Shown here piece by piece: positions 15,253 through 16,840 of a stretch of DNA of 16,840 bases. Positions within the stretch are counted from its first letter, which is position 1. Every line of letters starts with the position of its first letter. Both the position numbers and the translations under genes were made by a program. This DNA comes from Candidatus Bathyarchaeia archaeon (GTDB lineage: Archaea > Thermoproteota > Bathyarchaeia > Bathyarchaeales > Bathycorpusculaceae), in assembly GCA_049970895.1 (NCBI GenBank), contig JBMFMB010000024.1, positions 1-16,840 of the forward strand, read 5' to 3'. The notes beneath the pieces were generated by a model. It ran no database searches. It had not been told where the DNA came from and saw only the letters and a program-made list of their open reading frames with translations.

Positions 15253-16647
15253 ATGGCTGAAGACTCTGAAAGCTTGCCAGAGCCGAGTGGAATAAGCAAG
15301 TATAGAGACAAGATTATTGACGGCCCCATCATTCGTACAATTTTTTGGTTGGGAATGCCGCCCCTTGTGAACCAGCTTGTGGTTGTAGCCTACAATGTGG
15401 CTGACACTTATTGGCTTAGCGTCTACAGCGAACAAGCTGTGGCTGTTCCAAGGCAGATGTGGCCCATCCTTGTGCTTTTTCAGGCTCTTGCAAACGCCAT
15501 CACCACGGCAAGCCTAAGCATGATTTCACAGTACGTGGGGAGCAAAGACTACAAAGAGGCAAGCGTATCAGCCTCTCGCTTCTTCACCCTTTCCCTTATA
15601 TCTGGTGGTGCCCTAAGCATACTTCTTTTGATGCTTAGAAACATGATTTTCACAGTTGTTATGTCCACTCCAACTGAAATTTTTGAGGATGTTATGAAGT
15701 ATTCCGGCGTCATAGCCTTCGACGTGTTTTTTAACTACATAGCCCTAACATACACGACGATTCTCCAAAGCGTTGGAGACACGAAAAGGCCTGCAATCGT
15801 TAATGTTATATCTGTTGCCATAAATGCAGCCTTAGACCCATTCCTTGTTTTAGGCATCGGACCTTTCCCAAGACTTGGCGTAATTGGCGCCTCCCTAACG
15901 GATGTTATGGGTAAAATAATTTCAATAATAGCCCTAACATATATTCTGAGAAAAAATTACCCTGAGCTTCGCATAAAGCCCACTTGGAAAATGGACGCCG
16001 CATGGGCGCGTTTAGTTTTGCGCATAGGACTGCCAATCTTAACACTTGGATTAACAAATGGCTTCGCCTTTCTCATGCAGCTTAAACTTGTCAACATGTT
16101 TGGAATCGTGACGGCAACAGCCTTCTCCATAGGCTTCATAATAATGGACATTGTGGACGCCGCCCTCTGGGGTTTAAGCGGAGCCCCAGCCATAATGATA
16201 GGTCAAAGCCTAGGAGCAAACAGCCATAAAAGAGCCAGAGAAGTGGCCTTTAAGGCAGCCCTCCTAATATTTGCCCTAATAATGATAAGTGCAGCTATAA
16301 TATACCCATTTAGAAGAAACTTGGTGGACGTTTTCGCAGACGACCCCAAAACAATAAACGAGACGGATGTTCTTCTCCAAACAATGCTGCCCACCCTCCC
16401 ATTTTTCGGACTTTTCGCTGTAGCCCTATCCGTTGGAAGGGGCTCTGGGCACACAACGTTTCCAACGGGCTTAGGAATGTTTAGACTTTGGGGAATAAGG
16501 ATAGCCACAGGCTATTTTATGGCTTTCGTTTTGAACATGGGGTCAATAGGGGTTTGGCTAGCCATAGCAATAAGCAACATTATTGGAGGAATAATAGCCA
16601 TCCTCTGGATAAAGTATGGAAACTGGGCGAAAGCAGTCATAAAATAA
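15253..16647 (+). CDS. MATE-family efflux transporter
   Basis: 464 aa, about 12 TMs; YNVADTYW, SQYVGS, GDTKRP, NAALDP, LGVIGA, GQSLGA. Confidence 0.95.
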   Translation: MAEDSESLPEPSGISKYRDKIIDGPIIRTIFWLGMPPLVNQLVVVAYNVADTYWLSVYSEQAVAVPRQMWPILVLFQALANAITTASLSMISQYVGSKDYKEASVSASRFFTLSLISGGALSILLLMLRNMIFTVVMSTPTEIFEDVMKYSGVIAFDVFFNYIALTYTTILQSVGDTKRPAIVNVISVAINAALDPFLVLGIGPFPRLGVIGASLTDVMGKIISIIALTYILRKNYPELRIKPTWKMDAAWARLVLRIGLPILTLGLTNGFAFLMQLKLVNMFGIVTATAFSIGFIIMDIVDAALWGLSGAPAIMIGQSLGANSHKRAREVAFKAALLIFALIMISAAIIYPFRRNLVDVFADDPKTINETDVLLQTMLPTLPFFGLFAVALSVGRGSGHTTFPTGLGMFRLWGIRIATGYFMAFVLNMGSIGVWLAIAISNIIGGIIAILWIKYGNWAKAVIK

Positions 16648-16764
16648 TAAACACCAAAATCTATAGAGGGGGCTAGTCAATTTAGCAAAACCACACAACC
16701 TAAAATTGACCAAAAGTCGTGCAAAATCCCAATAGTTCAATAATTATATGTAGGTGAAAACAGA

Positions 16765-16837
16765 AGCCGGGGGTGGGAGTTGAACCCACATATAGCTGCT
16801 CTGCAGGCAGCCGCCTGAACCGTTCGGCCACCCCGGC
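16765..16837 (-). tRNA. tRNA-Cys(GCA), intronless, CCA not encoded
   Basis: Reverse complement GCCGGGGTGGCCGAACGGTTCAGGCGGCTGCCTGCAGAGCAGCTATATGTGGGTTCAACTCCCACCCCCGGCT; 7-bp acceptor stem, anticodon arm GCTGC-CTGCAGA-GCAGC, U73 discriminator. Confidence 0.96.
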
Positions 16838-16840
16838 GCA

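Noticed and set aside
942-16740. Antisense or overlapping ORFs in the track (e.g. 942..1253, 2864..3154, 6884..7207, 10711..11004, 12933..13346, 13392..13814, 14792..15121, 16203..16508)
   Set aside because: Shadows of well-supported genes on the opposite strand, with no recognisable motifs.
1-16840. CRISPR array or integron attC array
   Set aside because: No regularly spaced direct repeats, and no recurring RYYYAAC...GTTRRRY hairpin sites were seen; no cas or intI gene.

Overview
Archaeal DNA, judged from TATA/BRE promoters, GGTGA ribosome-binding sites, a PaREP1 gene and archaeal-type tRNAs; the gene style suggests Bathyarchaeia/TACK, which is inference only. The window has two halves. (1) 1-10457 is a mosaic accessory island ending in an isolated 3' fragment of a tRNA-Gly (att-like). 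It is packed with toxin-antitoxin genes and remnants (AbrB/MazE antitoxin, MenA1/MenT1-like nucleotidyltransferase pair, PaREP1, RelE, VapC/PIN, truncated NTase-like gene), up to four clan-AA retropepsin-like protease genes or fragments, a TnpB remnant and a duplicated unknown module. Several gene fragments break at or next to CGCG/(CG)n sites, and one wHTH pseudogene is bracketed by 17-bp perfect inverted repeats ending in CGCG. This suggests an undescribed CGCG-targeted insertion or cassette-shuffling system; no intact recombinase lies in the window. (2) 10500-16840 is ordinary chromosome: 4-OT tautomerase, LysO-family genes (one frameshifted), HAD hydrolase, HypA plus Mrp-type HypB, a candidate 18-aa Lys/Glu microprotein, DUF362, MATE and tRNA-Cys(GCA). 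All alignments and counts were done by eye.
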